A model generated the notes under the pieces. That model was not told the origin of the DNA and ran no database searches. It saw nothing but the letters and a program-made list of their open reading frames with translations. 64,000 bases of DNA from the NCBI GenBank assembly GCA_013239625.1, contig MU054323.1:682001-746000 (forward strand). The letters are read 5' to 3'. The translations under genes and the position numbers were made by a program. Below, piece after piece: positions 1 to 12,345 of the stretch. The stretch's first letter is position 1. Every line of letters starts with the position of its first letter. The stretch comes from Lama guanicoe. Taxonomy: Eukaryota.

Positions 1-381
1 AGGGGCCACTGCCAGTGAGCTAATGAAGTCACTGCATCACAGAGACATCAGGCAAACAGACCCAAGTCCCTCTGAACCAAACATCTCAATTATTGCATAG
101 CCTTCAGGAAATTCTGCCTTTAAAGATAAAGGATGAAAATATCCACCTCACTTTAAGGCAAACCTTTATTCTAATTCCTTCGACCTCTCTGAATTGATAT
201 TAAAAGATGAATGGTTAAAATACCTATAGCAATTGGTTCAAGATTTAGAAGGTAGGTTGGGAGACAGATAAGAAGGTAAAGAGACCACGAAGTCCCATTC
301 ACCAAGCCCAGTGCCCGACATACAGCGTCACCAGATAAAGGGTTTTAAAATTTAATTGAAATTTCCTATGTCAGATCTGTA

Positions 382-713
382 CAGTTGTCCTTGGTATCTG
401 CAGGGGACTGGTTCAGGAAACACGCCCCACCTCACCACCACACACACATACCAAAATCTGCAGGTGCTTGAGACTCTTACATAAAATGGCATAGTATTTA
501 CCTATGACCTTCCATCCTCCCATATACTTTAAATCGTCTCTAGATCATTTATAATACCTAATACAATGTAAATGTGATGTAAATAGTGACCGGCATGTGA
601 CAAATTCAAGTTTTGCCTTTTGGAAGTCTCTGAAATTTTTCTTTCTGGATATTTTTGATCCGCAGTTGGTTGAATCTGTGGGTGCAGAACCCACAGGTAC
701 AGAGGGCTTTCTG
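382..713 (+). mobile_element. MER2B-like TcMar-Tigger non-autonomous DNA transposon
   Basis: Starts CAGTTGTCCTTGGTATCTGCAGGGGACTGGTTC and ends CACAGGTACAGAGGGCTTTCTG, with a TA target duplication on both sides. Internal TATACTTTAAATCGTCTCTAGATCATTTATAATACCTAATACAATGTAAATG matches the recalled MER2 consensus. Confidence 0.88.
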
Positions 714-1524
714 TACTTCAAAAAGGCTTGGCCATTATTTATAATGGTCTCAATCGTAATCAGCTCTCTATGAGACTATATTCATATTAATAGTCAAAAT
801 AACATTTTTATTTCTCCCCATGCTCTCAACCCAAAAGTAAGTTCAGGATGCTATGCTTCTTGGTTCAAGGCAGCACAGAGTGACATGTTTTCCTTTCTTC
901 ACAGAACAGTGACAAGAGGCTGGAAGAGGCACGGGGTAGGGGAAGGGATGGGTATAGATGGTCCCTGAGCTGGTCTCACGTTGGCTCAGCCCCAACTTGA
1001 GTGCAATACATTTCAGAAAATCCCCAGGCTCTGCACTCCTTTCACAGGGAATTCAAACAGACACTCAGGTAGCCAAAGCCACTCTCAAGAGCTGTCACGA
1101 TGCATCCTGAGTTCTTTCCCAGGTGAACTTAAGTCAAGGGACAGCCAAACCAACATGCCGAGCAGGCTTTACCCAGCTTCTTCTTGCTGCTTTCAGAGAC
1201 AGGCAGCTCTTCTGGGGACAAAACGCTTCCATTTGGAAGTAGTTCCAACTGTCAAAAGTACTAACTCAACTCAACACCAGTGTCTTCTATTAGATGCTAA
1301 GAGCAAGTAAGCAGGTCCACCTCCAAGTGCAATGCGACTGGCTGGAGAGGGCATGCAGAAAGCCCACGTCATTCCGTGGGCAGTGCCGAAAGATATGCTC
1401 TGGGACTAAAGGAGAGAACTGTGTATCAGCGTCTGTGTAAGAAAACGAAGTAGAGGATCTATGATTTTAGTCCAGAGGCTTGGGGCTTGGGTTGGGTAAG
1501 CATAGCTGCTACCTGAGTTTGTCT

Positions 1525-1830
1525 CTCATTCAGTCTCCTCCTACCCACCTGTTCCTCTGTTTACTAAGGACTCACCATAGTCCAGGCACTGTACTAGCTG
1601 TGAAGTGGATAATAAACAAGATGTGATTCCTACCCTTGAGAAGTCCACACTGCAGTGTGGGAAGCAGACATTCAAGAAAGTTGCGATGCCCTGTGATGGG
1701 TGCTACGTCCTGAGTACACAGCATGTGCATCATTTCTGGCTGGGGATGTTGAGGAAAGTTTCACAGGTAAAGGGGCCTTTGAGCTGGACCTTGGAAGCCA
1801 CGCAGGACCCTAGGACCTGATCCAGGAACA
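1525..1830 (-). mobile_element. L2 LINE 3' fragment
   Basis: TTTACTAAGGACTCACCATAGTCCAGGCACTGTACTAG...CCTACCCTTGAGAAGTCCACA is the antisense L2 3' signature. Confidence 0.65.
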
Positions 1831-1879
1831 GAAGAAATTAAGTGCTCAGGCTCGGCAGAGGGGGAGCTGGTCCAAGCCC

Positions 1880-1975
1880 TGGATTCACCACCACATTGCA
1901 CTGTGACCTCGAGCCGAGTCATTTCACCTCCCTGGGCCTCAGTTTCTCCATTCATAAAGGGGAGAGGTTGTTCAG
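1880..1975 (+). mobile_element. MIR SINE fragment
   Basis: CTGTGACCTCGAGCCGAGTCATTTCACCTCCCTGGGCCTCAGTTTCTCCATTCATAAAGGG is the MIR core. Confidence 0.8.
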
Positions 1976-2849
1976 CTGATATTTAAAGACTCTGTGCTGG
2001 TACTCTAGAACTTGATAATTATAAGCAAAAGTAAAGAAAGTTAATTTGAAAGAATATAAAAATATACTAACGTGGGGTTTGTTGGGACTCTAGACCTTGA
2101 TCATTATAAGCAAAGAAAAGAAGAAAAATTCAAAGTTAAAAGTACAGCCAGACTGGTTACTGTACAAGGTAAAAACCACGGCGGGTGCTGTGTCCCTAAC
2201 CTTTCACCCAGCGACTACAGTGGCACTTGCGTCAACTGAGGTTCCAGGCCATAGAAGGACAAAGTGTACCTTAAATAGATGGATCACAAGACCTTGATCT
2301 TCAGAAACATGGAGCCATAAGGAGAAAACTCCAGGAGAGAATCGGCTTGCCCCACTCAGGGGTCCACACTCATTTCTCCTCCAAAGACACCCTTTCCCAG
2401 ACCGTTTGGTCTCAGAAACAAACCTCTGTTATGCTGAAATGCGGGGACCTTGAGGGCCGTTCCACGGGAGACACTCCACAGGATGGTTCTACTTGCACAT
2501 GGAGGAGCCCAAGCAAAGACTCAGAATCACCTGCTCAGAAGTAGCCAAAGGATCTGGGCTTGATCAACACAGAGAAGAGATGTTTGGTGGGAACACGTCG
2601 CTACCTATAAACCTCCATAGAAGGAGATTTGCTCTGTGTGCCTCTGTAGGGCAGAGCGGGGGCCAATGGGATGGCAGTCACACTGGGATAGATTTAGACC
2701 CAATCTAAGGAAAAAATTTTTGATGGTGAAAGCCATTCAAATGTCAGTGGGCTACCTTATGAGAAAGTGTCTCTCAGCTCCTGAGTACACATGAGACTGG
2801 ACTGGCCAACCCCCTTATGCATTTATTCAATAGGAATGAATGAATAATT

Positions 2850-3040
2850 ACATAACATTTACTAAGCAACTATTCTGTGCTTCCACTGTGCTGGGCAATG
2901 GCAACACAGAGACAAAGAAACTGCATTCCCTGCCTTTCGGAGTGTGTGGTCCAGCAAAGCTGTGATGACCTTGGCAAGGATGTGGTAGAGGGAACTGGGT
3001 ATTACTGGTCGGGGAAAGCAGGCGGTCTTCAATGACCATT
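2850..3040 (-). mobile_element. L2 LINE 3' fragment
   Basis: ACATTTACTAAGCAACTATTCTGTGCTTCCACTGTGCTGGGCAATGG...CCCTGCCTTT is the antisense L2 end. Confidence 0.65.
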
Positions 3041-4849
3041 ATAGGTGCTTCTTATATTTAAAATCCGGTGAGATGCTCTAATCCTACTCTTCTTTTTTCA
3101 GTTCAAAGCCCAATGCATCTATGCCTTTTTCAAGCCTTCAGAGGACCAGATAGAGACAGACAAGGAGAGCAGGGGGACCTTAGGCAGGGGGACCCGAGGG
3201 AGGCTAAAGGCAGACGGCCTTTGTCCCCTTGTCCCCCTCCTGTATCACAGCTCTTGCCTTTAGTAGATCTGAGCAGAGCACAGGATTTAGACAGTGATCC
3301 TAAAATGCAGAGGGAATTCTTGGAGCAAAAGACTGTGTGAGGGAAGACAGGTCCAGGGAGAAGTGAGAACAGCCTGTCTCAGCAGAGAGCTGGTGCGGAA
3401 GGAAAAGTCTCCTGCGGCAGGGACCACACTGGGCAGAGTCTGCATTTCTGCCACCCAACCCCTCTGACTAGCTGGACTTTCGGGAAACAACACATTTCAT
3501 TTGGCCACTGTGGATGCACTCTTCTAAGATCGTAAACATGCCTCAAAGTTATTGTGAGATCGTGGTAATTATCTAATAGGCTAACCAGTCATTATACATG
3601 ATAAGAATGTCCTAAACCTTAGTAATTAGACCAAATGATGAACAGTACAATTTTGAGACACCATTAGTGGTCGACATATAGAGAGAGAATTGCTTACCAA
3701 AATGAACCTGCTGACACGTGCACACACAGTGCACTTAATGAGGCCAGTCCCTGCCCGTGTGCTGTGGGGCTGGTGTAAACACCTGCCACTCTCCTTGTAA
3801 CCCAGTTGCGGGTGCAGGCGAGGTCCTCTGGGTAGAGTGCCCCAGGCGAAAAAAGAACTGCCAAGCGGGACGCTGCTGGAACCAACACAACCTGCCCAGT
3901 TGTGGCCCAACGTGGGCTCGGCTAAAATGGAAGCCAGGTGTTATATGTCATCTCCGTGGACGTGGAACAGGATGCCCACTGCCGTCCACAGAAGTCACGG
4001 TTTTCTTCTCCAGGGTATCTAAAGGGAGAAGCAGCCTATTTCTCACTTCAGAGGCAGAAGGATGATCTGAAGCCAGGAGTGTAAAGAAATCTCCAGGGAA
4101 ATGCAGGTCCATTACCCTAGACAGCCCCACAGGCTACCCAAGTCAAAGGAACACGTGACAGATCGTCACCCAGGTCATAAAAGATAGAGGGAGACCGAGA
4201 CCTGGAGAGCAAATGGAGGGACACTGTTTTGCTCCTTGTCAAGTGCTCTGTGGGAGCCGGGCCAACTCCTTCTCTCTAAAAGGCTCAGGGAAGAAAGTAT
4301 GATGGTAGCTTCCTACGGACTTAGTCCGGGGTCAAACTTACATTTTACAATTGAGGGGAAACTTCAGAGTGTGATCATTCATGCAGATCTGTTGTTGAAT
4401 ATTTATCAGTTGTACTTCTGTAAATGGAACCATGTTTTCAGCATATTAAAGAACTTGTAGTGTAGAAAGCTTTAAATTTGTTAACGCAGATAACTGTCAA
4501 TAAAGATGATTCGGTGAGGTCTCCTATGTTCAGGTGAGGTCTGTCCTTGATAATCTTGCGTGCAGTGTCTTCTCTTTTTTCTCCTGTCAGAAAACAGACA
4601 CTGTCTACATTGCAGCAAGGCTGTCCTGGCCAACCAAGGTGAAACAAAGAACTAGAAAGGTAGACAGTAGAAAGGGGGTATCTTAATCTATGTGATCAAA
4701 TCCCCAAATTTCTCTAAAACATTTGCTTCCAAGGTGCTTTTTTCCCAGTCATCAGTGTCACGCTGATTTTGTGAATAAAATAGGAACCCTGGCTCAGCTC
4801 TGTATCCTCTACAAAACCCTTTCCGGCTCTCTTCACACCTGATACTTAG

Positions 4850-4980
4850 AACAGTTCTGGGATGTAAGCGACAAGGGAATGACCCCATTTCACAGATGAG
4901 GACTTTGAGCCTCAGAATGCTTAGCTGGAAGGAGTCACAGAGCCAGTGTGCAGAGCCCACTGGGAGCTTTCCTTTCCCTC
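4850..4980 (-). mobile_element. MIR SINE fragment
   Basis: CCCCATTTCACAGATGAGGACTTTGAGCCTCAGA...GTCACAGAGCCAGT. Confidence 0.7.
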
Positions 4981-5339
4981 CAAGGCTTGTGTTATCACAG
5001 AACTGGAAACATGTTGAATTGAATTCCCTTCTCTGCTCTGTCGCAAACCTGCGGTGTGACCTCAGGGAAGCCGCATCTCCCTCTTGTTCTCTGGGCTGCA
5101 CTGGGTGGAGGGCTCACTGCCTCCTAGTGGGTTATGATGTGGATTCCTCATTAGCGTCCCTGCCTCCCAGCCCCGTCCAGAGCCCTTGTGCGGGCACAGC
5201 TGCCGGAACGGCCTTTCTGTGCTGAACACAGATCTCTGCACCTGCTCACCTAACTCTTCGATGACGTTCTGTCCCCCCCAGTAAAGGTAAAGGCCACGCT
5301 TATGTGTCTGGTTTATGAGCTCCTCTGTGACTACCACTT

Positions 5340-5803
5340 GCCCATCCCTCCAGTCCCATGTCTTGTTCCTCCTTCCTCCATACTCTGTGCCACAGACCTA
5401 CCAACGCGGAGGGTGTCCGGAGGCTTCCCTTCTCTGCTTGTGTTAGCTCTTCTCACCCTCCTTTTGCCCATCTGATTTCTATTCTAAGGCTGTAGTGTAA
5501 ATCTCTTTCCCTAAGAAACTGTCTATAACCCCTGCACTCCCATCCTTTCTAAGCAGAGACTTTGATATGTCCTCTAATCTGTGAATATCATTGCTGCATC
5601 TTAACTTATAAAGAAATAACTTATTTCCATGGCTGTTCCTTTATATATTGTGAGGTTTTCTTTTATTTTGTGTTGTTTTTAAGATTAAGATTATGTCTGA
5701 GTATCTTTTAATCCCTGACATCTAGAATTGTATCCAGCACATAGATGTTAAAGAAATGTTTGCTGAACACATGAATGAATGAATGAATGAATGAATGAAT
5801 GAA
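5340..5803 (+). mobile_element. L2 LINE 3' end with (ATGA)n tail
   Basis: Degenerate L2 3' region ending CCAGCACATAGATGTTAAAGAAATGTTTGCTGAAC, followed by (ATGA)8 at 5771-5802. Confidence 0.75.
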
Positions 5804-6647
5804 AATGGATTACTCTTTGGGACTTTCTACCTGTGACATTTCAGATGTCTGATTCACATGCATGCACAGAACACGTTGCCAGAACAGATTGTCTTTCCCC
5901 GTATGTAGATTTTATTGCTTTTCATAGCGAGCTCCGTTCTAAGGAGCAGCTGGAAGGATTGGGAGAGAAATGCCTTGCACTTGAGCCCCGAGGAACAGGG
6001 AGTTGGGCACGAGCCATTGCGGCTGGTCCAGCTAATCCTGGTGGACAGCTCTGCCTGCAGTGACAACGAGGCCACCCAGGCTGCCCTCTGATGTGGCCGG
6101 GGCCAGCTCGAGCATGGGTGGTCAGTCGCTCTGGCTGGCTGAGGTGTGGGTGTGTGGGGATCCGCTTCTCGCCCACACAGCCCAGGATGCCCGGTCTGGC
6201 CCGGGGGGCAGTCTAGAGAGAAGGTAAGCCTACTCCTCCTGGCAGCCCAGGCAGTTCAGGGCCTTTCTAGGTTTTCCAGGACCGCAGAGGCACAGCCAGA
6301 AGTTGACTCAAGAAACACAGGGAAATGGGAAAGTCTTTGTCTCAGAGAACAGACAGATGTGCTAGAGGCGACCTTTCTCCAACATCCTGACTTAGAGGTG
6401 AGGAAACTGACCTTGGAGATGGGAGACTTTTTAGGGTCACTCAGCAAGTGGGCTTCCGGGCATTTAACTTTGCATTGCAAAGAAAAAGGAGGCCATGTGC
6501 CAAGTTCACACCTTCACTTGCTCCCAGCCCTCGCCTCCCTCACTGCACCTCCACACCTCCCCAAACAAGGGCCCATCACACCACCTTGTTGACGGAGCAC
6601 CTCCTTACGTGCGGGTAGATTCACATTACACAATTCACTTACACTGG

Positions 6648-6830
6648 GTGGTGAGCTAGTGTAGAGGTTAGGGGCCCAGACGATGAAGCCACAGGCCAGG
6701 GCGGGGGTGCCATCAGCTCTACGCCTACTAGCTCTGTGGCCTTGGATGACTTACTCAGCGTCTTTATGCTTCAGTTTCCTTAATGTTTTCATTGGGTAAT
6801 AAGAATACCCATCTGATAAGGTTGCTGTGT
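6648..6830 (+). mobile_element. MIR SINE
   Basis: TAGTGTAGAGGTTAGGGGCCCAGAC...TACTAGCTCTGTGGCCTTGGATGACTTACTC...CTTCAGTTTCCT. Confidence 0.75.
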
Positions 6831-7031
6831 TAGCTATGGCTGCCTTGAAAACCTACCATGGGCCCCGGGCCTTTATATACAGCTTCGGCTAATGGGAAGC
6901 CACACGCTGCAAAGCAGCCTGCATTGTGACGCCTGTTTCACACAGAAGGTACCAACTCAGCCTGTGGGATGTGAGTGCAGACCCCATCTCAGGTGGAGGT
7001 GACCTCAGTGCGAAGCTCTTTCCCTCATGCG

Positions 7032-7160
7032 TAGGGTCATGACCTGTCCCAGGGTCCCTGGAAAGTTCTAGTTAACATGTTGTCTAGGAGTAATTGTGAA
7101 CAGTGCCCCTTCCACTTTCAAAGTATCCTGGTTTGAACAATGAATTACATAGTTATTCTA
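7032..7160. mobile_element. MER94-like hAT-Blackjack MITE
   Basis: TAGGGTCA start. TGTTGTCTAGGAGTAATTGTGAACAGTGCCCCTTCCACTTTCAAAGTATCCTGGTTTGAACAATGAATTACATAGTTATTCTA matches the recalled MER94 consensus. Length ~130 bp. Confidence 0.8.
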
Positions 7161-7555
7161 CTTGCTCCATATTTCCCATCTGAGAAGGAGACTCTGCTTT
7201 TCTAGAAAAAGGCACATTTTACTTTGAAAACTCGGTCTGGAGAGCCACAGGGGCCAGGCAGGCTGCCCTGGTTTGGTCAATAGATGGGCATCTTGGTTTA
7301 CTGAGCTGGGAGCCAGTTGAGGAGAAAATACAAAAGCAATAGATTCTCCCTTTCTTTATGTTTGCATGCTTTACCAAAATGTGTCTGGCCTTTTCACAGA
7401 GTTTTGTGGAACTTAGAGACCTGTTTTGTGGTGGTCACTGTGTTATCATTCCGTAACTGGGATATTCTCTCTGTGCAACATTTTATAGGTCAGGCCACAG
7501 AGCGTGAGTAGAGATTCAGGCTGGTGAGCTCAGAAAACATTTCTATAGGCATTTT

Positions 7556-7725
7556 TAAAAAGCATTTTATTTATTTATTACCTTTTTTTTTGGTCTGTTT
7601 TAGGGGATAAGATAATTGCATTTTTATTTATTTACTTATTTATTTTAACGGAGGTACTGGGGGTTGAACCCAGGACCTCATGCATGCTAAGCACGTGCTC
7701 TACCACTGAGCTGTACCCTGCCCCC
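7556..7725 (-). mobile_element. Vic-1-type camelid SINE (tRNA-Ala-derived head)
   Basis: Minus strand reads GGGGGCAGGGTACAGCTCAGTGGTAGAGCACGTGCTTAGCATGCATGAGGTCCTGGGTTCAACCCCCAGTACCTCC plus an A-rich tail. A and B boxes present. Degenerate TSD TTCTATAG(G/A)C at 7541 and 7726. Confidence 0.92.
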
Positions 7726-8129
7726 TTCTATAGACCTTTAATTATTTTTATTTCTGGATTCAGAGTTCTAATGCACTAATAACATTTCTCCTTCCTTGTA
7801 GGAAATATTGATATTGAGTAGACAAACAAATAATAACAATAATAGCAAAAGATTCACAATAAAACCAGAAAACAAAACCAAAAGATAACAAAGAACAAGT
7901 GAAAACAAAGTCTGTCCTGTTCTGAAGTCAACAATGGAAAATCATTCTTGCAAGAGAAAGCATGTCCGTCCAGAAAAGGCTCAAGGGAAGAAGGCAGCTG
8001 GGATCATATTAGTGGTGATGACTTTGATGTCACCACATCAGTTCACCTAGATCTGCACTTGCTTGGAACCCAAGCAAAGGAGAGTCTTACTCATCCCGCC
8101 CCCACCATCAAACAGAGCAGATTCCTGAC

Positions 8130-8260
8130 AATCTCCCGTTCTTGATCTATGATCTTGGACAAGTCGGTCTCCCTCTCTCTGCCTCAGTAGCTACACTGCA
8201 AATGAGAAAGAGGTGATTTCTAAGGGCTCTTGATGCTCTAATCACTGCAGTTCTAATTCT
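8130..8260 (+). mobile_element. MIR SINE fragment
   Basis: CTATGATCTTGGACAAGTCGGTCTCCCTCTCTCTGCCTCAGT...TTTCTAAGGGCTCTT. Confidence 0.65.
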
Positions 8261-10554
8261 TATACTATTTCCTACCTTTTATTTGGCCAAGTCACTATTC
8301 AGTGTAAGTAACAGCCATGGAAATCTGTCAAGATAAACAGGAGAATGACTAGGCTATTGTGCTAATTGCTGTCGGCCTTGAAATTCTTCATCTTTCATCC
8401 TTACATTCTTTGAACTCTTTACGTTCACTGTAGTATCCCCAATGCCTGGCAAAGAACATAGGCAATAATCATTTTTTGATCAAATCAATGAATGGGTCGA
8501 TTTTTGTCACCACAGGGAAATCTGAAAGCTTGCTTTAAATTATACCATCTCTTCATGCTGCATGTGAAACAATCATCATTGCAAACGCTTTTGTAGAATC
8601 AGGTGGGAAAAAATGAAAGAAATATTAGATGCCTGTTATTAAGTGTTGTGTTTTGTTTTAAAAAAATCTGACTTGCTTATGCTCAGGTCGGAAACCTGTT
8701 GGCTCCTTTGGCCTAATAAGGGCTGAGCTAAAATACAAACCTGATGCTGAGGAGGAAATACATACAAAAATTCCTCATCTCTCGCCAATGATGGGAACTG
8801 TTGTCTGAAAAACACAGAGGCTGAAACTCCTTAGTTAGCAAGAAGAGTAAAGGTCTTACTGAAAAGAAGGGATGGGGAAAAGCAGTTGAGGTAGCTCTAC
8901 AAGTGGATGATGAAACACAGTCAATGAAACTTCTAGGAAAAAATCTCCACTTTCAAACCAAGCTAGTTCTGTTCAAGTTAAGATGCATACCTCCAAGGCA
9001 GCGCTCCTCCGAGTACTCGGGAAGAGCTCCTGCAGCTTTAAGATCTGCTGTGATGGATTCCCAGTCTTGTGACAGTCAGACTCTACCTCATTTTACACGG
9101 TTTGACCCTACCATTACCAGCTGGGATTGTACTTCTAGTCTCCCTTTTCAAACAGGTCTTGGCAAAAATGCATTGACAGCACCTGGCCTTTTCATAAATT
9201 ATTGCGGAATCTACAGACTTGTTCTGCAGTGGTTATCAGGCCATCTGTCCTTAAAATGGGGTATTCTCTCTGCAACATTTCATAGGTTAAGTTGCTGCAG
9301 GACCTGGGCAAAGAGCGAAAGTGGTAAGAGATCATTTCTATCCTGTTCTCTTGCCTAAGAGGACTAAATAAAATCTCAAGGATTCAAAACCAAAATAGTC
9401 ACGAGTTTGAACATTTCGACATACAATTGTTAACAAGTATCAGCGCTAATCCTTAAACTGGCAAGAGACTATGAGCACTTCTGAGCACAGGTGACACCTG
9501 AATTAAGTAGCTGCTCCTTCCTCCCACCTTTCTCTCCACCTTTCCCCTGACGGCTCCCCAACATTTTCAGGAGGGCTGAGTGAACATGAACATCGAACAT
9601 CGTGGTCCTATGGAATGAGGCAAGCAGCAGGGGCACTCCTACACGGATGCCGAAGGGAGGTGTTTGGGGATATGCAGGTTGAGACCTGTGGATAATTAAA
9701 CTGGAGAAAAGGTCCAAGTGAGTTGTCAAAACGAGGAGGGCCTGAGGCTTATGTGAGGGATCAGATAACAGAGCCAAGGTGTGGGAGAGACAGTGAGACT
9801 GAGCAAAAGCCACATTAGGAGGGGACAGGTGCAGGAGGGTCTCTGAGTGACTGTCAAAGATGGCACAGTGGAGCATGGCTGGGCTCCACCATGTCCCCTG
9901 TGATGGGCTGTTTGGGGGGTTGGAGCCATTTGAAGGGCTTAGGGTGAAGCCAATCCACCATCTTGTTCTATCAAGTCCTCTTGGCCCCTTTCTTTTACTT
10001 CTTTACTTCTTCTCAACCTTCCCTTCCCATACCATATCCTCTTCCCACTAGAACTTTTGATCGAATTTAGATTTTCTAGTATAACACATCTGATTGTTTT
10101 TACTGTGCAGGGGCTCAAAATCAAGGCATCATGTGTGTGAAGGATGTGGGTGGGTGTGGTGTGGGGAAAATCACCTGTAGGTAAGGCTCGTTTCCAAAGG
10201 ACCTCTTCTCCCTGGACCCCTAAGGCTTCTGTTGAACATCCCCAAGTCCCCGTTGGTGACATACTTCCAGAGATAACATATGTAGAAGAGAGAGCACTGG
10301 ACTTCAAGCCCAAGGTTGTGTCCACAGCCCTGCACTTGAAATCTTGACGAAGCCTGTGTGCTGGCACTGCCAGGCACTCTCGGAGAAACAGAAGATGGAG
10401 AGTCCCTTTCTTTAAGTGGAGTACAGTATAATAAAGGAGGTGACACTAACACCTTCCTGGCTGAGGAAGTCCAGAGGGTCGGAGCAGAAAGATGCTGGAT
10501 GAGCTCAACTTTGGAGCCAGAAGAAAGTTCCACATGTAGCTGGTGAAGATAATA

Positions 10555-10820
10555 ATAGAATAATCATTGTAACTATTATTTTGAGCACCTACTGTACATT
10601 AGGATATTGTTCAAAGTGCTTTATTTTGGATTGCTTTCTATTAACCCTCACACGAATCCACAAGGTAGAAGTTGTGAGCTGTATTTTATAGATGAGGACG
10701 TTGAAGCTCAGATTAGGATTCTGAGCGATGTCACACAGCTGGTGCTGGATGGAGTGGGGGTTGGGCTATGTCCCAAATCTGCCTGTTGATCTTCCTAATG
10801 TTTTCCCCTTTGTGCCACAG
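10555..10820 (-). mobile_element. MIR SINE (near full length)
   Basis: TATTTTGAGCACCTACTGTAC...ATTTTATAGATGAGGACGTTGAAGCTCAGA...GTCACACAGCTGG. Confidence 0.8.
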
Positions 10821-11486
10821 GGTCTCAAATCAGCAGTGCAGTCTTGGTCCAAACTCTTTCACTGACTAAATTGAAAGCAAGTCAGTCCTTCAGTGGGACC
10901 CGCCCTCCCCCTGAAGTTCAAGTTATTTGCCTTGTTTCCTCAGTTCGTTTATAAAGACATGGCCACAAATCATCCCACAAATAAGATTCTTAACCAGAAA
11001 GTAAATTGGAGACAGGAGACTGGAATTTCTTTGTGTGTCTTCTTTCCCACTCCTTTACTGGGCTCAAAATAACCTATTAAACCATGTGGCAAAAATAAAT
11101 TGACAGGAATATTTATTATTTTAATTTCCATTCGAAATCTTTCATCATTCTTATTGATTTGTTTATTTAAGAATCTAAGTTTAATTACGAAGCAACATAT
11201 TCATTATTAATTCCGTTTGTTTCTGTAAAAGAAAGCACTTCTTCAACTGGCAGATAAACCTCATGTGCTCAGGGATTGGCTGCCTTCATCGCAGCTGCTC
11301 CAGGGAGAGCGTCTTCACCTGGTGGCAGGGACATCTCTGCTCTGAGCCAGCCTGGGGGGATCGTTCAGTTCGCCAGGACGACAGTGGGCTTGGTGGTAGA
11401 CTGCTTTTGAAGGCAACATCATCCAAATAGGAAAGCCATGGGGACAGCGTGGACAGTGTGCGCATCCAAGAGGAAGAGAACAGATG

Positions 11487-11553
11487 GTGTGTGATATAAG
11501 AGTGTGTGTGTGGGTGTGTGTCTGTTTGAGAGAGAGAGAGAGAAGGAGAGAGT
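11487..11553. repeat. (TG)n / (GA)n compound microsatellite
   Basis: Direct reading of the sequence. Confidence 0.85.
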
Positions 11554-12039
11554 GAAAACCGCTATTACTGAGGGCCAAGTCCCTGCCAGGCACTGAGCTA
11601 GTTGCTTTACCTGAATCACACGTCATCCTCACCAGGTTGAAAGGTACATCATAGCATCGCCATTTGATCTTCTGAAAGCCAAGTTAAGAGACCTGAGGCT
11701 GAAGAGACTGGCTGACACCCATCTGCCCACCTGTCTCTGCAGCTCATTCAGGCATTTTCTGAGAGCCTAACCCTGTGCCAGTGGAGTAAGGAGGGGGATA
11801 CTTCTGGAAAGTAGGAAGATGCAGGAGCGCGGATGTGTTTACATTCACGGAACACGTGCACTGAGGAAAGGGACCCAAACGCCCTGTAACCGTGAAGCGT
11901 TAAAGCCAAACGCTTAACTGAAGCGTTCCTGCTTAAAGAACATGACTTTTATATCCCAAAGAATCACAGCGTGAATGCACAAAATACCAGGTGATAACTT
12001 TAGTAATTTTACTCATCATGTAATTCTAAGAAATGTGGC

Positions 12040-12345
12040 CATTTAGAAGTCCCCCTTCCAGCAATAGTGAATAAAGGGGAGGAGACAACACCAGTACTAC
12101 TGGAGAAGAGAGGACCTGACTTTGAAAACAAAAGCAAAAAAAGTCTAAAGTAAATATAGATCTAAGCTACCTCACACCACGATAACGTATATCCAAGTGG
12201 TAAACATAAGGCATCCAGGGTAGAGTAGTTTGTTAAGAAACATGTCTTTAAGAGGAACAGGAATTATTTTCATCCCAAATGGGAATATGTGGTTACATAG
12301 AGAGTTACAGACGTGGATATAATACATCTGAAGTTCTAAGCTTCA
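12040..12345 (+). mobile_element. CR1/L3 LINE reverse-transcriptase fossil
   Basis: Frame from 12229 reads FVKKHVFKRNRNYFHPKWEYVVT*RVTDVDIIHLKF*. This aligns with the recalled CR1 RT segment FTKGKSCLTNLISFYDKVTGLVDEGKAVDVIYLDF (F, K, N, F, K, V and VDxIxLxF spacing kept with one indel). Confidence 0.55.

Noticed and set aside
3160..3240. GCAGGGGGACC direct repeat with complementary GTCCCC(C)T units (hairpin or miRNA-like)
   Set aside because: Stems are short and interrupted, consistent with chance in low-complexity G/C runs.
7650..7725. Genuine tRNA-Ala genes (also at 24529-24605 and 48737-48813)
   Set aside because: Each has the extended G-rich leader, a SINE body with A-rich tail and a TSD, and acceptor-stem mismatches. 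They are SINEs, not tRNA genes.
8903..9358. 151-aa ORF
   Set aside because: GTG start, no recognisable homology and no convincing splice context.
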